Source: Desulfobacteraceae bacterium | GTDB lineage: Bacteria > Desulfobacterota > Desulfobacteria > Desulfobacterales > JAABSP01 | DNA: 64,000 nt | Assembly (NCBI GenBank): GCA_011389855.1 | Contig: JAABTM010000001.1 | Coordinates: forward strand, 7,827 to 71,826 | Reading direction: 5' to 3' | Shown here: one piece after another, positions 7,906 to 17,658 of the stretch | Layout: every line of letters starts with the position of its first letter | Numbering within the stretch: position 1 is the stretch's first letter | Position numbers and translations under genes: made by a program | Notes under the pieces: generated by a model | What the model saw: the letters and a program-made list of their open reading frames with translations, nothing else | The model's database searches: none | Told to the model about the DNA's origin: nothing

Positions 7906-8810
7906 TACCCGAATTTCCGCAACGCCCTCGTATCCCGACTCCAGTTTTTCTGCACCCTTACGAACAGCTTCAAAAACACCTGGGTCCCCACCATCCGCTC
8001 GATCTCCTTTCGGGCTTCTTCGCCGATGGTTTTGAGCTTGGCGCCTTTTTTTCCTATGACGATCCCCTTCTGGGAATCGCGCTCCACATGGACCGTGGCG
8101 TGGATGCGGATGAGATCTTCACGGCGCTCGTCGAATTCGTCGATGGTGACGGCGGCGGAATAGGGGATCTCCTGGCCCGTAAACCGGAACACCTTCTCCC
8201 GGATCATCTCGGCGGCGATGAACCGCTCGGGCATGTCGGTGACGGCGTCTTCTGGGAAATAGGGCGGACCTTGGGGGAGTTCCGCGGCCAGGGCGTCCAG
8301 CAAGGGGTCCACGCCGTCGCCGTGACTGGCCGATACAGGGACGATGGCCCTGAAGTCGGCCCGTTGCCGCCAGCGGTCGATGATCTTAAGGAGAAGGGGC
8401 TTCTGGACAAGATCGATCTTGTTGACCACCAGGATCACCGGGGCCCGCAACTTGTCCAGGGCCTCGGCCGTCATCTCCTCCGACGCCGGATCGGGCTGGG
8501 CCGCGTCGATGATAAAGAGGACCGCGTCCACATCCCCCAGGGAGGTCAGGGCCGTCTCCACCATCCGGACGTTGAGCGCTTTTTCGGCCTTGTGGATGCC
8601 GGGGGTGTCGAGAAAAACCATCTGGGCGCCGGGCCGGTGGACCACGCCCAGTATCCGGTTCCTGGTGGTCTGGGCCTTGCGGGAGGTGATGGCGATCTTT
8701 TCTCCCAGCATCCGGTTGAGGAGGGTCGATTTCCCCACGTTGGGCGGGCCCACGATGGCCGCGAAACCGGAGCGAAACCCCTCCCCGCCCGTTTGGATCG
8801 CATCGGTCAC
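7902..8810 (-). CDS. era: GTPase Era
   Basis: FRSGFAAIVGPPNVGKSTLLN (G1), DTPG, NKID, and a C-terminal KH domain. The GTG at 8810 (Val114 of track ORF 7902..9149) overlaps the engB stop as GTGA. The longer ORF N-terminus is Pro/Gly/Arg-rich and not Era-like. Confidence 0.9.
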   Translation of the reverse strand: MTDAIQTGGEGFRSGFAAIVGPPNVGKSTLLNRMLGEKIAITSRKAQTTRNRILGVVHRPGAQMVFLDTPGIHKAEKALNVRMVETALTSLGDVDAVLFIIDAAQPDPASEEMTAEALDKLRAPVILVVNKIDLVQKPLLLKIIDRWRQRADFRAIVPVSASHGDGVDPLLDALAAELPQGPPYFPEDAVTDMPERFIAAEMIREKVFRFTGQEIPYSAAVTIDEFDERREDLIRIHATVHVERDSQKGIVIGKKGAKLKTIGEEARKEIERMVGTQVFLKLFVRVQKNWSRDTRALRKFGY

Positions 8811-9421
8811 GGCGCCGGTTCCTCTTCCGCCGGCGCTGTCAGCCCGCACCGGTCGGCGATGGCGTCCAGGACGGCGTCCTTGCCCTGGCGGGTCTGGGCC
8901 GAAAACAGGATGAGCAGGTCCGAGGGAACCCCCAGATCCCGGGCGATGGCGGCCCGCTGCTTGGCCGCTTTGGTCTTGGAGAGCTTGTCCACCTTGGTGA
9001 GCACCGGCAGGGCCGGGATCCCCTGGCTGTCGAGCCAGGCCAGCAGGTCCCGCTCCTCGACGCCCGGGGTCCGCCGGATGTCCAGGATCACCACCACCCC
9101 CTGGAGGGTGGACCTGGTCGAGAGGTAGGTCTCGATCATGGGGCCCCACTGCTTCCGGATCTTTTCCGGGACCCTGGCGTAGCCGTACCCCGGCAGGTCA
9201 ACGAAGATCACCGCGTCGTTGATGTCGAAAAAATTGATCAACTGGGTCCGGCCGGGGGTGGAGGAGGTCTTCACCAGCCGCTTCCGGTTCACCAGCGTGT
9301 TGATGAGCGACGATTTGCCCACGTTGGACCGGCCGGCGAAGGCGATTTCCGGCAGGGTCGGCTCGGGGTAGTGGCTCTTATTGGCCGCGCTCTTGATGAA
9401 CCGGGCGGAGGCGACGATCAT
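8807..9421 (-). CDS. engB: ribosome biogenesis GTP-binding protein YihA/YsxC (EngB)
   Basis: PEIAFAGRSNVGKSSLINTL, DLPGYGYA and TKVDK motifs; 204 aa. Confidence 0.9.
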   Translation of the reverse strand: MIVASARFIKSAANKSHYPEPTLPEIAFAGRSNVGKSSLINTLVNRKRLVKTSSTPGRTQLINFFDINDAVIFVDLPGYGYARVPEKIRKQWGPMIETYLSTRSTLQGVVVILDIRRTPGVEERDLLAWLDSQGIPALPVLTKVDKLSKTKAAKQRAAIARDLGVPSDLLILFSAQTRQGKDAVLDAIADRCGLTAPAEEEPAP

Positions 9422-10557
9422 CGCGTTTCCAGGTACCGCTCGAGCCGGTCCATGCCCTCGGCGATGTTCTCCATGGAATTGGCGTACGAAAACCGCAGGA
9501 ACCCTTCGCCGTTGCTGCCGAAATCGATGCCCGGCGTCACCCCGACGTGGGCCTTTTCCAGGATGTCGAAGGCCAGTTTGTAGGAATCGCCCGACAGATG
9601 TTTGGCGTTGGCGAAGACATAAAAAGCGCCCGTGGGCTCCACCTGGATGCCGAAGCCCATCTCCTTGAGCCGGCGGATCATGAATTTTCGGCGCTGGTTG
9701 TACGTTTCCTTCATCCGCGCCACATCGTCGCCGGCCTCCCTGAGGGCCGCGATGCCGGCCATTTGCACCATGGAATTGGCCGAGATGAAGAAATTCTGCT
9801 GGAGCTTCTGGATGGACCGGATGTATTGCTCCGGCGCGATGAGATACCCCAGCCGCAGGCCGGTCATGGCGTAGAGCTTGGAAAACCCGTTGAAGACGAA
9901 CGCCTCGTCGGAGAACTCCAGCATGGAATGCTCTTTTCCCTCGTAGACCAGGCCGTGGTAGATCTCGTCGGAGATGATGTGGGGCGACAACCCGGCGATG
10001 GCCTTCATCCGCTCGGGGGAGAGGAGGGTGCCGGTGGGGTTGGACGGCGAGTTGACGAAGATGGCCTTGGTCTTGTCGGTGATGTGCTCGGCGATGGAGC
10101 GGACCCGGAACTGGAACCCGTCCTCCTCGTAGACCGGGACCCGCACCGGCCGCCCCCCCATGAAGTAAATGAAGTTGGGGTAGCAGGCGTAGTGGGGATT
10201 GGAGATGATGACCTCGTCGTCCTTCTCCAGCAGGATGGCGAAGGCGGTGAACATGGCCGGGGAGGTTCCGGAGGTGATGACCACCCGGCCGGGCGCCACG
10301 GAGACGCCGTAGGTGTTTCCGTAATACTCGCAGATGGCCTCCCTAAGCTCGATGAGGCCCAGGCTGTGGGTGTAGTGGGTGTGCCCTTCGTCCAGGGCCC
10401 GGCAGGCGGCGGCCTTGACGCAGGCCGGGGTGTCGAAGTCCGGCTCCCCCACCTCCAGGTGGACGATGTGGGTTCCCCGCCGCTCCATTTCATGGGCCCG
10501 CTCCAGGACGTCCATGACGATAAACGATGTGATGTCCTTCAACCGGCTGGCAATCAT
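9418..10557 (-). CDS. class I/II PLP-dependent aminotransferase (AspC-like)
   Basis: 379 aa with NPSNPTG and the SKLYAMTGLRLGY PLP-lysine motif. Confidence 0.85.
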   Translation of the reverse strand: MIASRLKDITSFIVMDVLERAHEMERRGTHIVHLEVGEPDFDTPACVKAAACRALDEGHTHYTHSLGLIELREAICEYYGNTYGVSVAPGRVVITSGTSPAMFTAFAILLEKDDEVIISNPHYACYPNFIYFMGGRPVRVPVYEEDGFQFRVRSIAEHITDKTKAIFVNSPSNPTGTLLSPERMKAIAGLSPHIISDEIYHGLVYEGKEHSMLEFSDEAFVFNGFSKLYAMTGLRLGYLIAPEQYIRSIQKLQQNFFISANSMVQMAGIAALREAGDDVARMKETYNQRRKFMIRRLKEMGFGIQVEPTGAFYVFANAKHLSGDSYKLAFDILEKAHVGVTPGIDFGSNGEGFLRFSYANSMENIAEGMDRLERYLETR

Positions 10558-10567
10558 GATTCCTCCT

Positions 10568-11443
10568 TCACACCACCTTGTTGAGCGGATATTCGATAAT
10601 CCCTTCGGCCCCGTGCTTCAGGAGCCGCGGGATGAGATCCCGGACCACGCCCACGTCCACCACGATCTCCACCGAGAACCAGGTCGATTTGTACAGGGAG
10701 GCCACCGTGGGGGCGTTGAGGCTCGGCAGGATGGCCACCACCTCCTCCAGCTTGTCCTGGGGCACGTTCATCTTGAGGCCCACCAGGCGTTCGCCCAGGA
10801 GGGCGCCCTTGAGGAGCATGGCGATTTGCTCGATCTTCTCCTTTTTGAAAGGGTCTTTCCACGCCTCGTGGTTGACAATGAGCTGGGTGTTGGTCTGCAT
10901 CAGCTCGTGGATGATCCGCAGCCCGTGGGCCCGGATGGTCGATTCGGTCTCGGTGACCTCCACCACGGCGTCGGCGAGCCCCGAGACTACTTTGGCCTCC
11001 GTGGCGCCCCAGGAAAACTCCACCTTGACGTCGATGTTGCGCTCGGCGAAATAGGATTTGGTGAATTCCACCAGTTCGGTGGCGATTTTCTTCCCCTGGA
11101 GGTCTTCCAGCCTTTCGATGCCGGAGCCGTAAGGGACGGCCAGCACCCACCGGGCCGGCCGGGAGCTGACCTTGGAATAGACCAGATCGGTCGCCACATG
11201 GACGTCGGACCGGTTCTCGGCGATCCAGTCCCGGCCGGTGAGGCCGGCGTCCAGGGTGCCGCTTTCCACGTACCGGGACATTTCCTGCGCCCGGCAGATG
11301 GCGCACTCCAGGGCGTCGTCGTCGATCTCGGGAAAATAGCTGCGGCCGTTGACGTTGATCTTCCATCCCGACCGCTTGAAGAGCGCGATGGTGGCGTTCT
11401 GAAGGCTCCCTTTGGGGATGCCCAGTTTCAATTTCTGCATCAT
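10568..11443 (-). CDS. hisG: ATP phosphoribosyltransferase (long form)
   Basis: [15 protein letters not shown]...[10 protein letters not shown]... plus a C-terminal regulatory domain; 291 aa. Confidence 0.9.
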   Translation of the reverse strand: MMQKLKLGIPKGSLQNATIALFKRSGWKINVNGRSYFPEIDDDALECAICRAQEMSRYVESGTLDAGLTGRDWIAENRSDVHVATDLVYSKVSSRPARWVLAVPYGSGIERLEDLQGKKIATELVEFTKSYFAERNIDVKVEFSWGATEAKVVSGLADAVVEVTETESTIRAHGLRIIHELMQTNTQLIVNHEAWKDPFKKEKIEQIAMLLKGALLGERLVGLKMNVPQDKLEEVVAILPSLNAPTVASLYKSTWFSVEIVVDVGVVRDLIPRLLKHGAEGIIEYPLNKVV

Positions 11444-11826
11444 TTATCCTTATAGACCTCCTTGGGATCGAAGACCGGTTCGCCGATGATCCTGACCGAC
11501 CCGTCTTCGATTTTCTTGTAAAAACAGCTCCGGTAGCCGGTGTGGCAGGCGGCCCCGCCCACCTGCTCCACCTTCAGGAGCACCGTGTCGTCGTCGCAGT
11601 CCACCCGGATCTCCCTGACCTTCTGGACATTGCCGGAGGTTTTCCCCTTCACCCAGAGGGTGTCCCGGGACCGGCTGTAATAGGTGGCCAGCCCGGTTTC
11701 CAGGGTGCGGCGCCACGCGTCCGCGTTCATGAAGGCGAGCATCAGCACCTCGCCGGTGTCGTTGTCCTGGACGATGGCTGGCAAAAGCCCGCCCATCTTG
11801 TCGAATTTCAATTCCATCATTCCCAA
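11440..11826 (-). CDS. hisI: phosphoribosyl-AMP cyclohydrolase
   Basis: LLPAIVQD...[29 protein letters not shown] pattern; 128 aa. It overlaps the hisG start. Confidence 0.9.
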   Translation of the reverse strand: MGMMELKFDKMGGLLPAIVQDNDTGEVLMLAFMNADAWRRTLETGLATYYSRSRDTLWVKGKTSGNVQKVREIRVDCDDDTVLLKVEQVGGAACHTGYRSCFYKKIEDGSVRIIGEPVFDPKEVYKDK

Positions 11827-12008
11827 AGCTCCTGCGCGTCTTTCGCATTACAAAACCATCATTCGTAACGGGATAAAGAAGAGATGTCAAATCTTTTTTC
11901 AACCGCTTCTTGCATCCCGATCCTGTATTTGTTATTGTTGAAAGTCTCTGTATATACGATCCGATATCAACACGATCCAATATCAACCCAAGCAAACCAA
12001 ATCGCATC

Positions 12009-14393
12009 ATGAAAAAACCAAAGCCCAATCGCAAGAGACGCATCAAGAAAAACAGCGCCAAAGAACCCCGAAGCCTTCTCCCCGGTTTATCCCGCTGGCT
12101 GCTTTGGATCGCCGTTTTCATGGGGGTGGCGCTCCTCGCCGGGATAGTGGCCGCTTATCACGTCTACCGTCATTTCAGCATGGATCTGCCCGAAATCGTC
12201 AGCCTCGACGAATACCGGCCGCCGGCGGTCACCACCGTCTATTCCGACGACAACCGGAAGATCGCCGAGTTTTATAAAGAGCGGCGATTCGTGATCCCGC
12301 TGGAGAAGATGCCCGAGCAGTTGATCCAGGCGTTTATCGCGGCCGAGGACGCCCGGTTCTACACCCACCCCGGCATCGACCTCCGGTCCATCGCCCGCGC
12401 CTTCATCAAAAACATGAAAGCCGGGGAAGTGGTCCAGGGGGGGAGCACCATCACCCAGCAGGTGACCAAATCCTTTCTCCTCACCCCGGAACGGAGCTAC
12501 CGGCGGAAGTTCCGGGAGGCCATCCTGGCCTACCGCATCGACAATGCCTTTTCCAAGGACGAGATCCTCTTTCTCTATCTCAACCAGATCTACCTGGGCC
12601 ACGGGGCCTACGGGGTCCAGGCGGCGGCCGAAAACTATTTCGGCAAACCGGCCACCGAACTGGATCTGGCGGAATGCGCCATGCTGGCCGGCCTGCCCCA
12701 GGCCCCCAGCGATTATTCCCCCTACCGTCATCCCGACGAAGCCGAAAAACGGCAGATCTACGTCCTGAGGCGGATGGTGGAGGTAGGGTACATCACCGAG
12801 GCCGAGGCCAGGGCGGCCGAAAAGAAGGAACTGGCGATCAAGGCCCGCCGCAACTACTTCATGGACACGGTTCCCTTCTACACCGAGCACATCCGGCGCT
12901 TCGTGGCGGAAAAATTCGGGGAGAAGCTCCTTTATGAAGGCGGGCTGGAAATCCATGCCGCCGTCAACATCGAGATGCAACAGGCCGCCCGGGCCGCTAT
13001 CGACAAAGGGTTGCGGGAACTGGACCGGCGGCACCACAAATACCGGGGCCCCGAGGGCCGCATCGCCCCGGACGCCATCGAAGACCATCTCGCCGAACTG
13101 GCCGCGGATGCGCCGGAAAACCCGCCCGAACCAGGCGCGATCCGGCAGGGCGTGGTCACGGCCATCGACTCCGGGACCGGCGAGGCGACGGTCGGCGCCG
13201 CCGACATCACCGGACGGCTGGACGCCGGGGCCATCCGCTGGGAAAAAGATGTCGAGGAAAAGAAACTGGCGGTGGGCGACCTCGTCCAGGTAATCCTGAA
13301 GGAGAAATACAAAAAAACGGACGCCTGGTCGGTCCGCGTCACCCAGACCCCCCAGGCGGAAAGCGCCCTGGTCTGCGTCGAGACCGGCGCCGGTTTCGTC
13401 AAGGCCCTGGTGGGGGGGAAAAACTACCGGGAGAGCCAGTTCAACCGGGCCGTCCAGTCCCGGCGGCAGCCGGGATCGGCCTTCAAGCCGCTGATCTACG
13501 CCGCGGCCCTGGACAAGGGGTTCACCCCGGCCTCGGTGATCATCGACAACGCCGTGGTTTACTCCGGCGGCGGTCACTCCCGGGATTCCTGGAAACCCAA
13601 AAACTACGACCGAAAGTTCTACGGCCCCACCCTGCTGAGAAAAGCCCTGGCCAAGTCCCGGAACCTCTCCACCATCAAGATCCTCCAGGACATCGGCGTG
13701 AAATACGCCGTGGATTACGCCCACCGGCTGGGCATCGAATCGGACCTCTACCCGGACCTCTCCCTGGCCCTGGGGGCCTCGGGGGTCTCGCTGCTGGAAC
13801 TGGTGAAGGCCTATTCCGTCTTCGCCAACCTGGGCGAACTTATCGAACCGGTCTTCATCACCAAAATTCTCGACCGGGACGGCAACATCCTGGTGGAGGC
13901 CGAGAACGAAGGCGAACGGGTCATCGAAAAATCCACCGCCTACATCATGACCAGCCTGCTGGAAAGCGTGGTGCGGGAGGGGACCGGCGCCCGGGTCCGG
14001 GCACTGGGCCGGCCCACGGCGGGCAAGACCGGGACCACCAACAACCTCCACGACGCCTGGTTCATGGGCTACACGCCGGGTTACGTCACGGGAACCTGGG
14101 TGGGCCACGACCAGGAGCGCCCCCTGGGCCGGCGGGAGACCGGGTCCCGGGCCGCCGGCCCCATCTGGCTCGACTTTATGAAGACGATCCTGGCGGACAA
14201 GCCGGTCCGCAAGTTCCAAACGCCCAGCGGCGTGGTCTTTTCCAAAATCGACGCCGCGACCGGGCTGCTGCCCAGCGACAGCTCGAAAAAGGTCATTTTC
14301 GAGTGCTTCAAGGCCGGCACCGCCCCCCGGAAGCACACCAAATCGGCCGAGTCGGTGACCGAAGCCAGCGACTTTTTCAAATCGAACATTTAG
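12009..14393 (+). CDS. mrcA: penicillin-binding protein 1A (bifunctional glycosyltransferase/transpeptidase)
   Basis: GT51 motifs (EDARFYTHPGID, GGSTITQQ, RKFREA) and transpeptidase motifs (SAFKP, SRN, KTGTT). The start is taken at ATG 12009 (Met34 of the track ORF), giving a basic N-terminus followed by a TM helix. Confidence 0.9.
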   Translation: MKKPKPNRKRRIKKNSAKEPRSLLPGLSRWLLWIAVFMGVALLAGIVAAYHVYRHFSMDLPEIVSLDEYRPPAVTTVYSDDNRKIAEFYKERRFVIPLEKMPEQLIQAFIAAEDARFYTHPGIDLRSIARAFIKNMKAGEVVQGGSTITQQVTKSFLLTPERSYRRKFREAILAYRIDNAFSKDEILFLYLNQIYLGHGAYGVQAAAENYFGKPATELDLAECAMLAGLPQAPSDYSPYRHPDEAEKRQIYVLRRMVEVGYITEAEARAAEKKELAIKARRNYFMDTVPFYTEHIRRFVAEKFGEKLLYEGGLEIHAAVNIEMQQAARAAIDKGLRELDRRHHKYRGPEGRIAPDAIEDHLAELAADAPENPPEPGAIRQGVVTAIDSGTGEATVGAADITGRLDAGAIRWEKDVEEKKLAVGDLVQVILKEKYKKTDAWSVRVTQTPQAESALVCVETGAGFVKALVGGKNYRESQFNRAVQSRRQPGSAFKPLIYAAALDKGFTPASVIIDNAVVYSGGGHSRDSWKPKNYDRKFYGPTLLRKALAKSRNLSTIKILQDIGVKYAVDYAHRLGIESDLYPDLSLALGASGVSLLELVKAYSVFANLGELIEPVFITKILDRDGNILVEAENEGERVIEKSTAYIMTSLLESVVREGTGARVRALGRPTAGKTGTTNNLHDAWFMGYTPGYVTGTWVGHDQERPLGRRETGSRAAGPIWLDFMKTILADKPVRKFQTPSGVVFSKIDAATGLLPSDSSKKVIFECFKAGTAPRKHTKSAESVTEASDFFKSNI

Positions 14394-14396
14394 AGC

Positions 14397-14417
14397 CTGT
14401 AAGAAAATCTCTTACAG
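14397..14417 (+). terminator. stem-loop directly after the PBP1A stop
   Basis: CTGTAAGA-AAATC-TCTTACAG is a perfect 8-bp stem 4 nt after the TAG. There is no U-tract, so terminator function is uncertain. Confidence 0.3.
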
Positions 14418-14493
14418 TGAAATCAGAATTTCTCCAATTTACAGGTTTCCCTTTCGCCTGATATTCAGGCGCCGTAGTAAAGAAAGCGGCATC

Positions 14494-14521
14494 CTGTCCG
14501 CGAAATGCTGTCCGCGAAATG
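14494..14521 (+). repeat. perfect tandem duplication of a 14-mer (CTGTCCGCGAAATG x2)
   Basis: Seen directly, about 100 nt upstream of the TAXI binding-protein ATG. It may be a regulator-binding direct repeat. Confidence 0.6.
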
Positions 14522-14617
14522 GGGAAGGGAGGTGACAATCTGTTCGGCCGCGACGCGCGGCGGATTCACTCAACCTGTCAACCGTAATGGAAAACCAACA
14601 AAAGAGGAGGTCTGTTC

Positions 14618-15592
14618 ATGAAATCCAAACGTTTTGCAATGGTCGGCGTTATCTGCCTCAGCCTGTGTCTATCCCTTGCTTTTTCCGGAGACGTTTTTGC
14701 CCGGGAGCTGATCGTTTTCGGCGGCGGCCCCGCGGGCGGCACGTTCCAGGTGGTGGCCAACGCCATCCAGACCTACAAGCCCGTCAAGAACTTCGAAGAT
14801 TACAACATCAAGGCCCAGTCCTCGGCCGGTTCCGTGGAGAACCTTCGCAAGACCAACGCCGGCAAAATGCACTTCTCCACCGTCTATTCGGGGCACGTCT
14901 ACCTGGGACGTCACGGCCGGATGAAGAACGACCCCAACAAATACACCGACGTTATGGCCGTGGCGTATCTGTACGGCGCGCCGGCTCAGTTGGTGGTGCG
15001 GGCCGATTCCAAGATCAAGAGCACCAAAGACCTGGTGGGCAAGAAGGTCGGCGTGGGCAATGCCGGCTCCGGCGCCTTCGCCAACTGCGAACTGTTCTTC
15101 AACCACATGGGCGTCTGGGACAAGATCGAGCGCAACGCCATGGGCTACAACGACGCGGCGGCCGCTTTCGGCAACAACCAGCTGGACGCCTTCTGGCTGT
15201 TCACGGCATTTCCCAGCGGCGCGGTCATCATGGCGGCCCAGACCAACGACATCGCCATGATCGACCTGGCGGCTGACGCCGAAGAATCCGGTTTCTTCAA
15301 GGAATATCCATATTTCAGCCGACTGACCATCCCGGAGGGCACCTACAAAGGCGTGGACCAGGACATCCCCTCGTTCCAGGATTCCGCCCTGCTGGTGGCC
15401 AACGCCGACGCCCCGGACGACTTGGTCTACAAGCTGCTCTCGGTGGTCTTCACCGAAGAAGGCCTCAAGCACATGGTCAGCCAGAAGAAAACCTTCAAGG
15501 AGATGAGCATTGAAAACGGGACCAAGGGCATCGTGACCCCCTACCATCCCGGCGCCATCAAGTTCTGGAAAGAAAAAGGCGTGATGAAATAG
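14618..15592 (+). CDS. TAXI-family TRAP transporter solute-binding subunit
   Basis: Signal peptide followed by GGGPAGGTFQVVANAIQ; the length and C-terminal HPGAIKFWKEKG are typical of TAXI receptors. Confidence 0.85.
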   Translation: MKSKRFAMVGVICLSLCLSLAFSGDVFARELIVFGGGPAGGTFQVVANAIQTYKPVKNFEDYNIKAQSSAGSVENLRKTNAGKMHFSTVYSGHVYLGRHGRMKNDPNKYTDVMAVAYLYGAPAQLVVRADSKIKSTKDLVGKKVGVGNAGSGAFANCELFFNHMGVWDKIERNAMGYNDAAAAFGNNQLDAFWLFTAFPSGAVIMAAQTNDIAMIDLAADAEESGFFKEYPYFSRLTIPEGTYKGVDQDIPSFQDSALLVANADAPDDLVYKLLSVVFTEEGLKHMVSQKKTFKEMSIENGTKGIVTPYHPGAIKFWKEKGVMK

Positions 15593-15607
15593 GGCCAATG
15601 CGTTAAT

Positions 15608-15635
15608 GTAGGGGCGAAAAGTTTTTCGCCCCTAC
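15608..15635. repeat. second copy of the REP-like palindrome (GTAGGGGCGAAAA GT TTTTCGCCCCTAC)
   Basis: It lies in the 93-nt gap between the TAXI binding protein and the permease. The core is the same as at 5265-5296. Confidence 0.75.
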
Positions 15636-15685
15636 GGGCCCCGTCCCTCGCCCCATCCCGCTAACCTCATTCAGGCAGGTTCACC

Positions 15686-17629
15686 GTGTACGAAAAACTG
15701 AAACCCATCGAAAAGGTCATCTTCGACGTCCTCTCCGTCGCCCTCGTCCTTTTTTACTCCTATTCCGCCGTGATCCAACCGGCGTCTACACAGTACCACC
15801 GGGGCATCTACGTCATCATCACCTATATCCTCATCTTCCTTCTTTACAAAGGGAAGACCGTCGTCGGCCGGATCATCGACTACGTCCTGATCCTCCTGTC
15901 CATCGTCACGGTGGGCTACTGGATCCTCAATTTCGAGGTGATCAATTACCGGATGGGGATCGAAACGGACGTGGACAAGGCCATGGCAATCGTGGGCGTG
16001 CTCATCGGCATCGAACTGGCGCGTCGGGTGGTGGGCAGCGTCTTCGTCATCATCGGCGTGGTCATGCTGCTCTATGGGGTCTATGGCCCCATGGCCCCTG
16101 AAATCGTCGCCCACGCCGGGGCCAGTTTTCCGGAACTGTGCGTTTCCATCTTTTACCGGAGCGACGGCATTTTCGGCATCATGGCCAATGTTCTGGCCAC
16201 CTACGTGGTCCTTTTCGTCCTCTTCGGCGCCTTTCTGGAAGCCTGCGGCGCCCAGCGGTTTTTCATCGATTTTCCCCTGGCGGCCGTGGGCCACAAGATC
16301 GGCGGGCCGGGCAAGGTGGCGGTCATCGCCTCGGGGCTGTTCGGGTCCATTTCCGGCAGCGCCATCGCCAACACCGTCTCCACCGGCGCCTTCACCATTC
16401 CCATGATGAAAAAAGCCGGCTTCAAACCCCATGTGGCCGGCGGCATCGAACCGGCCGCTTCCATCGGCGGCATGTTCATGCCCCCCATCATGGGCGCCGG
16501 CGGATTTATCATGGCGGAGCTGACCGGGTTGCCCTATTCCTACATCATGCTGGTGGCGGTTTTTCCGGCCCTCATGTATTTTTTCAGCGTCTTCGTGATG
16601 GTCCATTACGAGGCCAAAAAAGACTTTGTCGTCGGCGAACGGCACGAGCGGACCGCCATGGACATCCTCAAGACAGAGTGGCTCTATACGCTGCCTTTGA
16701 TCATCATCACCATCTTCATGCTGACCGGCTATTCGCCGGCCTACTCGGCGATTCTCGGTCTGGCCACCTGCATCGCCATCAGCTTCAAGGAAAAAGAAAC
16801 GCGAATTAACCCCACGCTGGCGGTGGTAATGGGGTTTATCCTGATCCGGTCGATCTTTCTGATCATTTTCAACAAAATGAACAATGCCGAGATTTTGTCC
16901 GACGATTTCATCTCCGGGTTCAAAGACATTTTCACCGACGCCAATGTCTTTATCCTCTCCTTCATCGCCTGCCTGCTGATCGCCTGGTTCCGGAAGGACG
17001 ACCGGCAGGAATCCCGCAGGGAACTGAAGAATTTCGTGCTGGCTTGCCGCAGCGGCACCGAAAGCAGCCTCAAGATCGGCGCCACCGTGGGCGTCATCGG
17101 CATCATCATCGGGGTGCTCACCTTCAGCGGGCTGGTGCTGACTTTCGCCGACATCGTCATCGAACTGGCGGGCGGCTCCCTGCTGCTCACCATCCTATAC
17201 ATCGCCCTGGCTTCCCTGGTGCTGGGCATGGGCGTGCCGGTCACCGCGGCCTATCTGATCACCGCGGTGGTGGCGGTTCCGGCCCTGACCCACCTGGGGG
17301 TCAATGAAATCGCCGCCCACATGATCGTTTACTGGCTGTCCCAGGATTCCAACATCACTCCGCCGGTATGCATCGCGGCCTTTGCCGGGGCCACCATCGC
17401 CAAGGCCAATATGTGGAAAACCGCTTTCACTTCTTTCAAATTCGCCAAGTTTCTCTACCTGGGGCCGCTGCTGTTCGCTTATGTTCCGGGATTTACCCTC
17501 AACGGCACGCCCTTTGACATCATCAAGACGTTTATCTACATCATCATCGGCACCTACGCCTATTCATGGTTCCTGAGCGGCATCTGGATCAAGTCCCTCA
17601 GGGGGATGTTCAGCCGGTCGGCCGCCTGA
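15686..17629 (+). CDS. TRAP transporter fused permease (TAXI-associated)
   Basis: 647-aa polytopic membrane protein with a GTG start. GSISGSAIANTVSTGAFTIPMMKK is typical of the DctM-like module. Confidence 0.85.
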   Translation: MYEKLKPIEKVIFDVLSVALVLFYSYSAVIQPASTQYHRGIYVIITYILIFLLYKGKTVVGRIIDYVLILLSIVTVGYWILNFEVINYRMGIETDVDKAMAIVGVLIGIELARRVVGSVFVIIGVVMLLYGVYGPMAPEIVAHAGASFPELCVSIFYRSDGIFGIMANVLATYVVLFVLFGAFLEACGAQRFFIDFPLAAVGHKIGGPGKVAVIASGLFGSISGSAIANTVSTGAFTIPMMKKAGFKPHVAGGIEPAASIGGMFMPPIMGAGGFIMAELTGLPYSYIMLVAVFPALMYFFSVFVMVHYEAKKDFVVGERHERTAMDILKTEWLYTLPLIIITIFMLTGYSPAYSAILGLATCIAISFKEKETRINPTLAVVMGFILIRSIFLIIFNKMNNAEILSDDFISGFKDIFTDANVFILSFIACLLIAWFRKDDRQESRRELKNFVLACRSGTESSLKIGATVGVIGIIIGVLTFSGLVLTFADIVIELAGGSLLLTILYIALASLVLGMGVPVTAAYLITAVVAVPALTHLGVNEIAAHMIVYWLSQDSNITPPVCIAAFAGATIAKANMWKTAFTSFKFAKFLYLGPLLFAYVPGFTLNGTPFDIIKTFIYIIIGTYAYSWFLSGIWIKSLRGMFSRSAA

Positions 17630-17658
17630 TGCCGACGGAACCCGGAAAGGAGACGATC

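Noticed and set aside
8811-9149. Long N-terminal extensions of the track ORFs for era (to 9149), envC-like (to 26042), tolC-like (to 28212) and uspA, mcp, cheY-1 and PBP1A.
   Set aside because: The extensions overlap the upstream genes out of frame and are low-complexity. Internal starts give canonical N-termini (G1 motif, signal peptides) with RBS or start/stop overlaps.
12087-14336. Very long antisense ORFs opposite real genes. Examples are 12087..14336 opposite PBP1A, 21556..23835 opposite yibQ/ctpA, 57473..59797 opposite radC/gpsA/gyrA, 44575..46371, 49698..51338, 4126..5232 and 9547..10584.
   Set aside because: Their translations are Gly/Arg/Pro/Asp/His-rich low-complexity strings with no motifs. 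The opposite strand carries unmistakable conserved proteins. This is the expected stop-codon-poor shadow-frame effect in GC-rich DNA.
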